Shown here in pieces: positions 49,601-60,680 of a stretch of DNA of 64,000 nucleotides (position 1 is its first letter; the number at the start of each line of letters is the position of its first letter). The notes below the pieces were generated by a model. It was not told where the DNA came from. It searched no databases and saw only the letters and a list, made by a program, of their open reading frames with translations. This DNA is from Phallusia mammillata (taxonomy: Eukaryota). Location of the stretch: the NCBI GenBank assembly GCA_965637545.1, contig OZ281497.1, positions 16,926,001 to 16,990,000 of the forward strand, read 5' to 3'. The position numbers were made by a program, and so were the translations under genes.

Positions 49601-52600
49601 TTTGCACAGCAATGCTATGTCGTTTTATTAAGTTATCACTCACATTTTTAGTTTTGGCGAAGGTTTTACACCTATGACGTGATTTAAGCCTAATAACCGT
49701 GCTTCGGTTTTGTATATGTCAAGAAAAACTTTGTTAATAAAAGTTAAGATGAAAAAATTAACTTGACTTTTTTGCCAAATAAATGTTTTTTTAAATGCTC
49801 GCTGTCAGGTTGGCCGCCGCATGATCACGGGTTACTTAAGGTCAACTAGTCGGTATTACAAACACAGCTCAGAACTTTCTTCATAACGTAGCGTTTTTTT
49901 AACAATCAATTTAGGAGTAAATACTCAAGGCATGTATAAATTAGGCTTAACAGTATTGTTGAACACGAATGACGGCGTGCTATTGAAAACGGTGTCAAAA
50001 GGTCAAACAGTCGTTTGGCGTGTGCACCCTGAGAGGTTACTACAGGTCAATGGTACTCGTTTTGCGAAACAAAGTTAAATGAAAAACAATTTGTTATGTA
50101 TACACTTTTTAATTTAAAGTGTCTGTAACACAACTGTTACAGCTTTCTAAAAAAAAATTGCCCGACCTTGGAGGACTATATCTGGGTCAAAGCAAGAGAT
50201 TAGATTTAAGTCTTTGTTACGTTTTTTTAATGTTTTTGTAATTACATGACAATAATAGTGCAAAAAGAATACGAACAATTTTTTTTATTGTTGGGTTAAT
50301 GCTTTCTAAAAATTTGTCCTTAAGAATGTAAAAATCACCGCAACATTTGTTTACCGTAAATCCGCACAAACATGCGTGTGGGGACCCATTAGTTTTTGTT
50401 TACAAAAACAATCATATGTGTAGATCAAATGATGTGTATAGTAAATTGGTAAATATCGTATAGAATATATAAAATGGAAGTATATCAGAAAGCCACTCTT
50501 CTAGTTTAGTTTTAGATGCCCAGTTTAGGCTTAATATTCATTATTCACATGTGTGTTGAGAGTGGTACTAAATACCGTATGGTGCCGCATGTTAACACTT
50601 GTAAGAAAATTAAGCCCAAAAGGTATCTGAGATTAAATTATATAGTTATTTTTGTTATAAACCCTCACCCAGACCCTAAAAGCCCTAACCGTCAACATCT
50701 TAGTTAGTTTTTTTTTCGCAAATTGCGTATAGATTGCGTAGAATGCGCAGATTGCGCAGATTGCGTAGATTGCGTATTTTAGAGTAGCCCCTCATGGCCT
50801 AATACCTAATGAAACACACCCGAAACGAAGCTTTTCCAAACAAAATGAGTACATGCTTTATCACGGAGGCTCTGAAATAAACGTTGCAAGACAACTTTCA
50901 AAGTCTACAAAATGGTTGCAAGACAACTTTCTCTTTTAGTGTCCTTGCCTGAAAGAAAGTCAAAACATGTCCCTTGAGCGTAAAATTCCGGTTAAAAACC
51001 TCTGCTGTAAACCCAAAATTAGAATACGATTTCTTGTGATGGTGGCAATGTATTGTGATAACCTGCCGAAGGTGGTTTAATCATGAACTATTTCTATTGC
51101 AGCTTACTTGCAAGATTGTGATCACGTTTTTTCACTACTTCATTGCAACCAATTATTACTGGATCTTAGTGGAAGCGCTTTACCTGCATAGTCTCATTTT
51201 TGTGGCGTTTTTTTCCGACAAAAAGTACCTCTGGCGATTTATTATAACCGGATGGGGTAAGTAATTTCATCTTTTGTATCATGTTCCTGGAATTTTTGCA
51301 GTGCAGTTAAGACCTCAACGATTTTTTGTGGTAATTCAAAGAGTTTTTGTTTAAGCCTGTTTGAACCAGTGACATCTTTGCTATTGTTATTATAAAAGTT
51401 TAATGTTGGCTGGTCCTTTTACGAACCACGTGGGTCTCAACACACAATAGGAGATTTGCTGACTGACGTCAGAACTGCTGGAGCGAAGATAACGCGCCTT
51501 GTTCAAACATTAATTATCGACCAATTCTCCCAGTTGCCGAGTTTTCTGAATAGCAAATCGGTCACATGGTTTGTTTAACAACTTCAAATTGCAAAAACTT
51601 ATTTGAAACCAATCCTTGTGAATAGTACTTTCTGCTTTTTTAAGTCATTTTATGCTTTTGCAGCAAATGTGTGCAGAGTTTTGGTTAAATTAACATTCCT
51701 ATATTGTCACCATTTTCGGCCACAAAGCAATCGCAAACTGTAAAAAAAATCCGCAAAACTTTCCACTTACTGGGGGTATCAGGTAAAACCCATGCACCGA
51801 GCGTCCCCAGCGACCTGCTTGCCACATCATAACGTGCACCAAAAAAACAAAGTATTTAGGCCGACAAAAAGGGCCTTTGTTTTTGGATAAGCTTTAGATG
51901 TTTTTGTACGTCTACACCTGAAGCCGCTTGACCCGAATGTTGAAGGCTAATCCCAGACGATATATGTTAACACCTGCATACGGGCGACCCAAGCGCCATG
52001 TAATTGTAGTTAAACCGGCAAAGTTGTGATTAAAGATTTATTTTTATTTTTGGTCTGCAGGTGTTCCAGTGCTGTTCGTTCTTCCCTGGGCCATAGTGAG
52101 AGCTGTACTGGACGGAGACTCGTAAGTTTTATCCCCGATTTTCCTTTCCAGTTTCCGCGGCATTTTGGCGATAATTTTCGGCCGCACAACCTGTAATTTG
52201 TTGATCTCTGTTGTGTTTTCCCTGGTTTCCTAATAACTAGATCTAAACGCGCATAGTCGTCCGTGCCAAAATCAGCCCTTATTGTGGTCGCATTACAATT
52301 TTACCTACGTCATCCGCTTATCCCTTGCAACACTTGCTGACGTAAACACTCTACCTTTGTGGACCAATGGCACATCACGTGTTTAACGTGCCAGTCGCTT
52401 GGAAAAGCAAAATTTAAACCCGGCTCGACCTCTATGTTGTTTACTCGCAGATGCTGGGATGTCTCCGTTCAAGAATACAAGTGGATTTTCAATGGTCCCA
52501 TTGTGGTCGCCAGCGTGGTAAGCTGATCCTAATGTGACGCCATTCGAAATCACGTGCTGGTCTAGCAATAGTCACGTGATCTTTGAAGTGCATGCAGTAG

Positions 52601-55600
52601 ACTGTAATGTTTTGTGTAAATGACCATGCCAATTAATGCATTCTTAAAAAATGGCTCGTGGGTGTCTAATTTTTGTTTGTTTAATGTGTCTTATTTTGTA
52701 GATTAACTTCTTGCTGTTTCTAAACATCATCCGTGTTCTATGGTATAAAATGAAAGAGCGTGGTATGGCTGGAAGGACAGACAACAGAAGACAATACAAG
52801 TGAGCTCAAAATATCACGATTGTTACAGTCTCAACTGATGGTTTTGATCCTACGTTTAAAGATCATACAAAACACTGCCCACAAATTCAAATTAGGTGTT
52901 TATTCTGCTACCATACATTAGTCTCTTTTGCAAATGCTACAAGACATTTTGTTTGACTTATGCAAGTGCTTGAATTCTGATCGTTTTACTCAGAAAACTT
53001 GCCAAGTCCACTCTGGTTCTCATCCCCATGTTCGGAGTTCACGTCATCGTTTTTATTGCCCTCCCTGACTCTGTGCGATCGGGTGCTATGTACTACGTCA
53101 GCATGTACTTCGACCTTTTCTTCAACTCTTTCCAGGTGAGTGATGACACAAGTGATGACGTCACGACTTTTCAAGCCGACACACTACAGTCGGTCGTTGC
53201 AGTGTTTTTTAAAGTGTTTTTATTCTAAATGCTTACATTAAAAGTTTTTTTCACGGGATTTGAACCAAGGAAGCTCGCCTAGGACGGTTTTAAAATGTCT
53301 GTTTGTGGATCAGGTTTCTGTCTACTCTAGATCTAGATGCTTGTAGTAAAAAAACGTAGAATTTGTACTCGGTGTTTACTGCCAAGTTTGCTTGGTTTGC
53401 TAAAGTTGAACCAAGTTCAAAGTCATTTGTCTTCAGGTTGTGTGGACGCGTTTTCGTGCCAATGAAACTACGCGTCCAACCACTAATTAGCCCCGAACTT
53501 GCTTTGCCGACGTAATCGATTTTCGGTTACAAACGGCCTATTACTCTGTGACATTATTTGCACTACTTACATTAGAACGTTTTGCCGTGACACAGGTGCT
53601 TGGAATATAACCATTAACTACATGTAAGGGAGGCGAAAGGTTGTGACGTTTTTTAGACATGTAACTTACGTCCCCAGGGCTCAGAAAAATATCACAACAG
53701 TACTTTCAAAAACTAACATTATTGTTTGTTGCAGGGTTTCTTCGTAGCGATAATCTATTGCTTCTGCAACGGAGAGGTAGGCCATTTTATTGATTCATTT
53801 ACAATAAGCATTTTTTTATTTAAATCGTACAGCCAAAGTAATAGTAATTTATCCATTCATTGCGGGAACTATTTGATTTAAAAAGTATCACATCAGGAGT
53901 ACCTTTAAGGTTCTTGCCCTGCACTAAAAAACATGCTGGTGGTATATAAAGCGCCTATACTTTTAACTTTGCTACTGTACAGGGCTACGTGCTGTTTGCC
54001 ACGGTTCCGTTTTGTCGGCGTCAGTAACACGGATACCAAACATGGTGTCCAAGGGTTACGTCTGCGAGCCCCTTTTTTAGCTAATTGTTTTCCCTCATCG
54101 GGTACTTGGCACGTAATCCTATTTTTTGCGGTGAAACAGGCATCATCGCCCGCACGAGATGTGCATTTTCTCAATGCTTTTGGAATTCGATCCGACAGGC
54201 TTAAACCATTGATAGAGTGCAATATCGAACAAAACAATGCATAAGCTTTCTCGAGTGGGATATTGATTGCGCATTAAGGGGTGCCGATAATCCGTTGATG
54301 ATTGGTTTACAAAATTGCTTATTGTCATGCACTACGGAATCGTATTTTCAATTTTAGTTTCTGCGTCTTGCATCCATCGAATTAAAATAAAAGCAAAATG
54401 ATGTGCTATTTATAGTATATGTACCTGCCTAATGGAACATAAAAAACACTTCAATGATGTTTTTGTCACAAGTTTCACAAGCAATAAAATCGTGTGTGCC
54501 TGAAGGGCGCTGGAACAGTTTATACAAATGGATCAGAAAGTTACCTAGCAACGAACAAAACCATAGGTACACATAGCCAACCATGGACTTAACTTGACAG
54601 CAAATTGATTAGGGCAGTCTTTTGTCCTGGATAAGCCACCACGTGTACTCCTCCGTTTCTATTAGTCGTTTAGATTGCGCAACACTTTAACATAAAACCC
54701 GAGCGTTAACACTTGTATGTCATTGTCAGGTTCAGGCAGAGTTCAAGAAGGCATGGGAACGCTTCAACCTCTCAGTTGAGATCCAGAAGGGGCGAAGAGA
54801 GCGAAGCAGGTCCTCGGTCACAATGTTAACAAGCTTTAACAGCACAGCATCCCAACAGGTCTGTACTGAGACAACTACTATATAGCATCTTAGATTTTGC
54901 TGTCTGAAAGTCCATATGTGTATGCGACTTATAGTTACCTGGAATACGCATTGCTTTGCAAACGGTATTGCATGGGAAGTCTGTACGATGTCCATTTAAC
55001 TGTGGCATTAAAGTCTTGCATTAAAAAATGCAAAAAAATATTTTCTAACACGGTCGTACAGAAGTGCCCATCTTCAACCTGTGAAAGCCAAAATGATGAC
55101 CATGTTAAAAACAATTCAAAATATTTTTATAGGCTCGACTTTCGATCGGTGGAGCAAGCAACGGCAAAGGTCATCGGGGAAATGGTTGCCTATTGACTCG
55201 TCCAATGACTTCAAACTGTGAAATGAGAGAGGTGCGTTTTTTTTTCTTGTATTCTATTATTGTTTTAATCTTTAATGCTTGTTTTCTTGTTAGCTAAGCG
55301 GACCTTGGCTTTGCTGTGTTGCCACTGTGTTGTTTTTATCGTGCTTACTTGTTTCTAGGTCACAATGGGTACACCCAGATGCATGGAAATGGAAACATCG
55401 TTTGCGGAAGATCAAAATTGCAACAATAACAATCGATGCGACGTATGTGATCTGTAATTGTGTATTTGTGTTGTGTTATCAAATTTGTCAAAACGACATA
55501 ACTACCGGCCTTGTCTTAATGTCTGGACAAAGTCTTGAAAATCAAGGACTCAATGGGAAAATCATTTCTTTCCCAGAACAATACTGAAGGTACATCGCTT

Positions 55601-56110
55601 ATGGCGACAAGACGCAACGGTCCTCCTCCCTTCATTCGAACGCAGAGCGGAGGATTTGCGTCGCGTGGCAACGATCTCATCCTCCCCATTGCGGAAGAGG
55701 ACGATAAAGCGGAGGAAGAGTTCGAACGCGCTGTTGAACGACAGGTGGAGTGTCCAGCCGGGAGCTTCAACGTCGAGATGTCCCAAGATGCGGAACAAGA
55801 GGAGCTCGATGAGTTAAATGACGTTATCGGACAAGAGGAAGGCGCCATCTCGTGGCGGAACCGCATGTCCCGGTCGAAACGCGCCGAGTCTGAAGATTCC
55901 GGTATTTCGTCAAACTTTTTCTCCAGTATTCGGCGTGGGTCGGGTGGAAAAACTGACGCCAGCCTCACAAACTCTGTGTACGGGTGCGACAGCGCCGCCA
56001 GTGGCAGTGACGGGGAAAGCTTGACTGATGGCAAGGTGGCGCTCTTGAATCCCACTGACATTGCCACGAGCGAGGGAAAGCCCCTAGTGAAGGGTGGCGA
56101 CGCTGTGTAA
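40660..56110 (+). CDS. PTHR: Parathyroid hormone receptor-like class B1 (secretin family) GPCR, ~703-707 aa
   Basis: Exons 40660-40698 (signal peptide; true start may lie further upstream), 41356-41470, 42757-42879, [44674-44819 or 45694-45827], 46887-46981, 48467-48662, 51103-51256, 52061-52121, 52451-52517, 52702-52799, 52994-53135, 53735-53776, 54730-54858, 55133-55231, 55359-55442, 55577-56110; phases consistent. PTH-receptor-like motifs [11 protein letters not shown] (cf. DADDVMTKEE), [101 protein letters not shown]. The two tail exons at 55133-55442 are the least certain. Confidence 0.94.
44674..44819 (+). CDS. PTH-receptor-like alternative ectodomain exon 4A
   Basis: tatatag acceptor, TAT/gtaagc donor, phase 1 in and phase 0 out; encodes (E)[48 protein letters not shown]. 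Confidence 0.88.
45694..45827 (+). CDS. PTH-receptor-like alternative ectodomain exon 4B
   Basis: ttgtgtag acceptor, AAA/gtgagt donor, phase 1 in and phase 0 out; encodes (G)[44 protein letters not shown]. Confidence 0.9.
48902..48986. repeat. (T6-7C)n polypyrimidine microsatellite
   Basis: Directly visible; explains the poly-Phe and poly-Lys ORFs in the ORF track. Confidence 0.97.
48991..49481. repeat. 157-bp tandem repeat, about 3 copies
   Basis: Units start at 48991, 49148 and 49305 (GC(A/G)GATTTGTTCCCACGTTTTGGTCAAGAAAGAATGG...); the third unit is more diverged. Confidence 0.95.
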
Positions 56111-57796
56111 AAGAAAAATAACTCATTTGTAGACCCACTTTCTTCAATCACCAGCTTCAAAACGCCGCGGAAAAAGAGTTGAACAGGGTAATCTGCTTGC
56201 CAAAAGATTCTCCCATAGTGTTACGTCACATCGAAAGCTTCGTTATTAAGTATCCGAATCGCCAGCGCTTGTTCAAGTCGTGATTTTGTGAATGTACCTA
56301 AATGTGGTAGTAGAAAGATTTCTACGCACTTTAAACACAACTAATGTGTGCTGCATATAGCATTGACAATTTTAAGCATTTTGTGAAGTGATCGTTACAT
56401 TTTGACAACAACTTGTCCAATCTGCTATTTGTTCTTAGCTTATTGCATTTCGTCATGAAAAGTTTCTGTGTTTTGCTCGGCATACGATAAGATCACGTTA
56501 TACACAAAAAATTTTATCACCATTCCATTGTAACAAAAACTCGGTGTCGTCTACAAAACCAAATTTACTGACGTGTTCGTCCGTGATTTTAAAAATGCTT
56601 GTGGTTGTTGTTTCCAGTACGGCATTTCCTACCTACACAACTCTCGTCAACTCGTTTCTGTATTATTTGACCAAACACACTGTTTTTCTGCAGCTTTTTA
56701 AATTTGTTATTAAGGTGCTCCCTCAAAGATGTATTGCTTGTTTGAATGCCACCACTGAACTCAAAACAGCCACAGAATTTTGGTATGATGTTAGCTCTAG
56801 TGTTTCAACCAAATGTGAACAAAGCTCGTTAAGTTTTCCACCACCTCCAAATTTGGTGCAAATAGACTTAACCTTCTCGCTAACCACCAGTTGTTACATT
56901 TTCCGAATTTTTTCACCTTCACTGATAACCACAATAAGTTTGCGTTGCGATTCAAAGCTGATCTGTTGATTATGGTTTATGTTGATATCACAGTAGGGTT
57001 GTCGTTAAATCTTGATGGTGCTTAAGTTCCGTCACGTTCTCAATCTCAACAGTTTCCTCTACCTTGCTCAACTTGCTCTTGCATCTATATTGTGTTGTTG
57101 TTGTTTTCTTGCGCCAAGTTCCATGTTGTCGCATTCGATTTCAAAAATATAGGTCTTTATCCATTTTGGGATGTTGTTTACGAACCACAGGATGATACAT
57201 CTTTTCTGTATAGTTACATTAGGATCATTTGTTACCCTCAATGCTTTTGATCACAAACTGCATGACCAGAAAAATTTAAAGCAATCTCCCTGACATTGAT
57301 TATTAAACAGAACTACGAATCGACTCAAACGTATTAACTATATTTCAAAAAGATCAACTTGTTACAAACAAAGTAAAACTATATCATGTAGCTTTTGTCG
57401 ACCTCAAGTAGTACAGAAACGTAATATGTCAAAATAAATATTTAAATACGATAAACGTTAGTAATAATCCGTTTCGACTTTACATTTTAGATTGTGGAAA
57501 TTTGAAAAATGTTTGTCAGTCGACAGCCATTGTCGTCACGACTTCTTACGTAGTTTTTGCCAATGTTTGAATTATACATGACTTGGGCCACAAAACGATG
57601 ATGTCAACCTTTTACTCAAGATGGTTCCGTCAGTAATTTAATTACATTTGCGATATGCATATGTTTCACGGCGGATCAGTTGTTAAGCAAGCTTATTTAA
57701 AAACCCAGTCACAGAAAGGTACGAATTCACATGTCTAGAAAAGCTGTTCAGATTTATTTTCTATGGTTTTAGGGGTTTCACACTCAATATCTAAAC

Positions 57797-57850
57797 CAGG
57801 GGTGCAAATCTGAGTCCGCAAAGACAAATTTAAGCGGCCGTGAAAATGTG
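57797..57850 (+). mobile_element. Left end of a hAT (Charlie-like) element, truncated
   Basis: CAGGGGTGCAAA end preceded by ATCTAAAC, which fits the NTCTARAN Charlie target consensus; no right TIR found. Confidence 0.45.
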
Positions 57851-60612
57851 CATTGAAGTGAATGTAATGGTGGCTGTAAATGAACTCATTTGCTAGAGTC
57901 TAGACATTTGGCTCAAAACTTTGGTCTGGATGCATTTTGTGAAACTGGTAATATGTAGTACCAAAACAGCAGCAATACGCGCCAGACTTTGTCTATTATG
58001 TGCAAACAACTTAACATTACAGATAGGGACTTCATAAGCAGTTAAGACTGATTAACAATTCGTCCAGCTGAAACAACGGATAAAGCAAAAAATGAATTTG
58101 AGTTTCAGCCACCAGTAGAAGAGATATAATGAGATAAAACCCTCTTTACATTAGTAATACATAAACTAAAAGCGCGGATACACTTGACAGCCGTTAGTAA
58201 ATTAAGAACTATTATGTTGCCGTCATAGCAAAAAAGACCCATACATACACAAGCAATTATTTTTCTTCATGAAAAATCTGTATTTACTCACTGGTTTTAA
58301 TATAATATTGCTGGGAAGCTTATGTATTGTCGCAAGTCATATCTGTGTGGGTGGCATTAGGCAAAGTTACGTCATCGGCACTCGAAAATTATTACAGCTT
58401 GGAAAGTTGAGTCTGTCCGAAATCCAAGGAGAACAAGGGTCGATTTACCACACAAGGGGATAGATCGTGAAAGTCGTCCGATCAACAGGAGGGCATTACA
58501 TCGTTTTTTTTTCCCAATTCGACACGCGTCGTCGCCCGCGGGGTGTTTTGTCTGACAGGAACGGGCATTGGCCTATGGATTTCGCAGCGCCAGAATGGTT
58601 TACAGATTAACAGGCTCGCGCTGGCTGCAGGTGCTGACTCATAGAAGGCTCAATCAAATTCTAGACTTTTTATGTTCGCTGTGGTGAATTATGACGACTG
58701 TAGTTTGCAATGTTGATTGGATTTGCACTGATAAGAATGTGATCTTTGTTGATTGACAAGTGAACGAGTGCCAGCCACCGCAGCGGGGTGGTACGCCTAC
58801 CCGCCTTACTTAGGGGTAGCCACAAACCTTGAGGCGTGGTTAGAATAGGATAAGCAGGCTGTACTAATGTAAGATTTTGTAGTGAACAAGACACGTTCTG
58901 AATTTGTCTGGAACAAAATAAACAATTCACTGAGAAATCGGTAAACTCGATTTCGGCTCAGACGCAAAAGACCAGACTAGAAACTTTGGACCGTTTTTGT
59001 CTCTTGCACTAATGCAGGTACTCAGGTTGAGTTTATTCCATGACTTCAGTAAGACTTTGAACGGGCGATCATAAAAAGCGAGTCAACTGTTAGCGGTTTC
59101 GATTGCTTTACCGCCAATAAAGCGAGCGTGCAGAGATTCTGTGCGATAGGATCAAACCGAGAAGCATGTTTGCGGTGTCTTCGCCGGCGCCAGAGTCTCC
59201 GTCAACGCTTGTCGTTCCTTGTTGGTCTTGGCAATGGTTCTCGGCAAAGCTGAAAGCCGATTCCAAACCTAAACCTTACTCAAACAGTGACGCAATTCTC
59301 GGTAGAAACTAGGAACACATCAAGTTTGCTGGGCTTAAGAATCTGGTTCATTAAATTTTGCACCGTTTCTTTGGTTAATGGTTTGCCATTTTTCACATAA
59401 TATCAGCATTGTAAGCAACACCCTTCAGTGGTACAGTACAGAATGTTCTGTTTTCACTACAGGTACAAAGAAAAAAAAGAACTTGTTGCATAGGCTACTA
59501 AATTTTGCTGTCGATATTAATGAGTAGTTTGAACAACTTAATATTGCTGCCGCTTAAAGTTTGTTATTTTAATCGAGATTTGTAACTTAAGTCATGTGGT
59601 TTTCTTGAAAAGAAGAGCATTTGTTACCAGTCCTCGATTTGGCTTTAATGAAGATTGCTCATGAAAACAGGCTCGTAAGCGGCGCCGCCTTTGACATTTG
59701 CTTGGTTCGCCGTAAGCGTTTGTTGCAAGCATAAACAAGCGCATATCGCGCATTAGTGCTCTTTCGGTTTTTACCTGGGCCACAAACCCGTCAAATACAC
59801 AAACAAACTCAGTTTTGGCATTTCTACCTTGACGCATTGCGGTCAATTTGTTTTTGGTTCATCTGTGCCCTTGCAGCCTAGATTGAAAGTTAGGGGCCGC
59901 AAGAAACCCACGGAAAGATGATTGCTAAGGCATCAGAAAACCGATAAGCGTGTTTGATATGAAGTGCTTGCGTTGCTTGTGGTATTTGCAATCGTCCGAC
60001 ATCAAACTAACGAGACAGGCGGTGCTTGCGTTCAAAGGCCGCGGTGGGCAATTCGATATTTCATACGTCACGCATGTGAGTGTTTTCAAAGGGCGAGTGT
60101 GACTTTCGTGTTGCAATCTAGTACACTGGGGTACATCGCATTAGCAAAAAAAGTGCCAGTCAGTTATAAATACGTGTGGGCACATACAACGCCCAGCTAA
60201 GTCTACAATACACATTGCCCTGCACGGGATTTAGCAATACAAATACTAGATTAAACAAATAGGACCCGGCACCCACGCAGTCAAATATGGAGCCCACAAA
60301 GCGCAATTTCGCGCCACGAGACGCTTATCTTCGTCGCTTGTTTCGAGCAACAAATACGTGCGGGTGATTGCGTGCTTTTCACGGAACCGTGGGTGATCGT
60401 GTATCTTCCATTTCCCGGTTAAATTTCTGTGGTCTGCCACAAAGAGTGGGTTAAACCGTTCGAGACGGAACAAACTGCGGTTGCCGGAAGTCGCATGGCA
60501 CTCAAGGGCATCTGAGATGGTCCGCAGATACTTTGCTGATTTGATTTTGCGCCTGATTTTGTTTAGGCACATGACCCAGCGGATAACAACCGTTGCTAGA
60601 CATTATTTGATT

Positions 60613-60680
60613 GTTTTTTACGGCGTTTGAACCCACGAGCTTACCTGGGACGAATTCTGATCAGTTGCCACGGGACTAAG
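60613..60680 (-). repeat. Degenerate tRNA-derived (SINE-like) fragment; related piece at 53244-53287
   Basis: Minus strand reads GTCCCAGGTAAGCTCGTGGGTTCAAACGCCG-TAAAAAAC and, at 53.27 kb, GTCCTAGGCGAGCTTCCTTGGTTCAAATCCCG-TGAAAAAAAC; both contain a B-box-like GGTTCAAA. No complete cloverleaf. Confidence 0.3.

Larger units (their letters stand above)
48857..50504 (+). mobile_element. Helentron/HINE-like non-autonomous element nested in the MULE-like MITE
   Basis: Interrupts the MITE at a TT site relative to the compact copy near 4125. 5' hairpin GTCCCCTT-ccctg-AAGGGGAC (48861-48881); short inverted repeats ATGGGTCCCC (48857) / GGGGACCCAT (50380-50389); microsatellite and minisatellite interior; ends at CTAG (50501-50504). 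Superfamily assignment is inferred from structure. Confidence 0.6.
48733..50790. mobile_element. MULE/Mutator-like non-autonomous element in a GPCR intron, carrying a ~1.65-kb internal insert
   Basis: About 120-bp TIRs (GGGCTCCTCTAAAATACGCA... / ...TGCGTATTTTAGAGTAGCCC); exact 9-bp TSD CTCATGGCC at 48724-48732 and 50791-50799. Confidence 0.9.

Noticed and set aside
55516-56160. 214-aa minus-strand ORF
   Set aside because: Antisense shadow of the GC-rich last receptor exon.
60246-60572. 108-aa minus-strand ORF
   Set aside because: No recognisable family or supporting splice signals; conflicts with better splice signals on the plus strand nearby.
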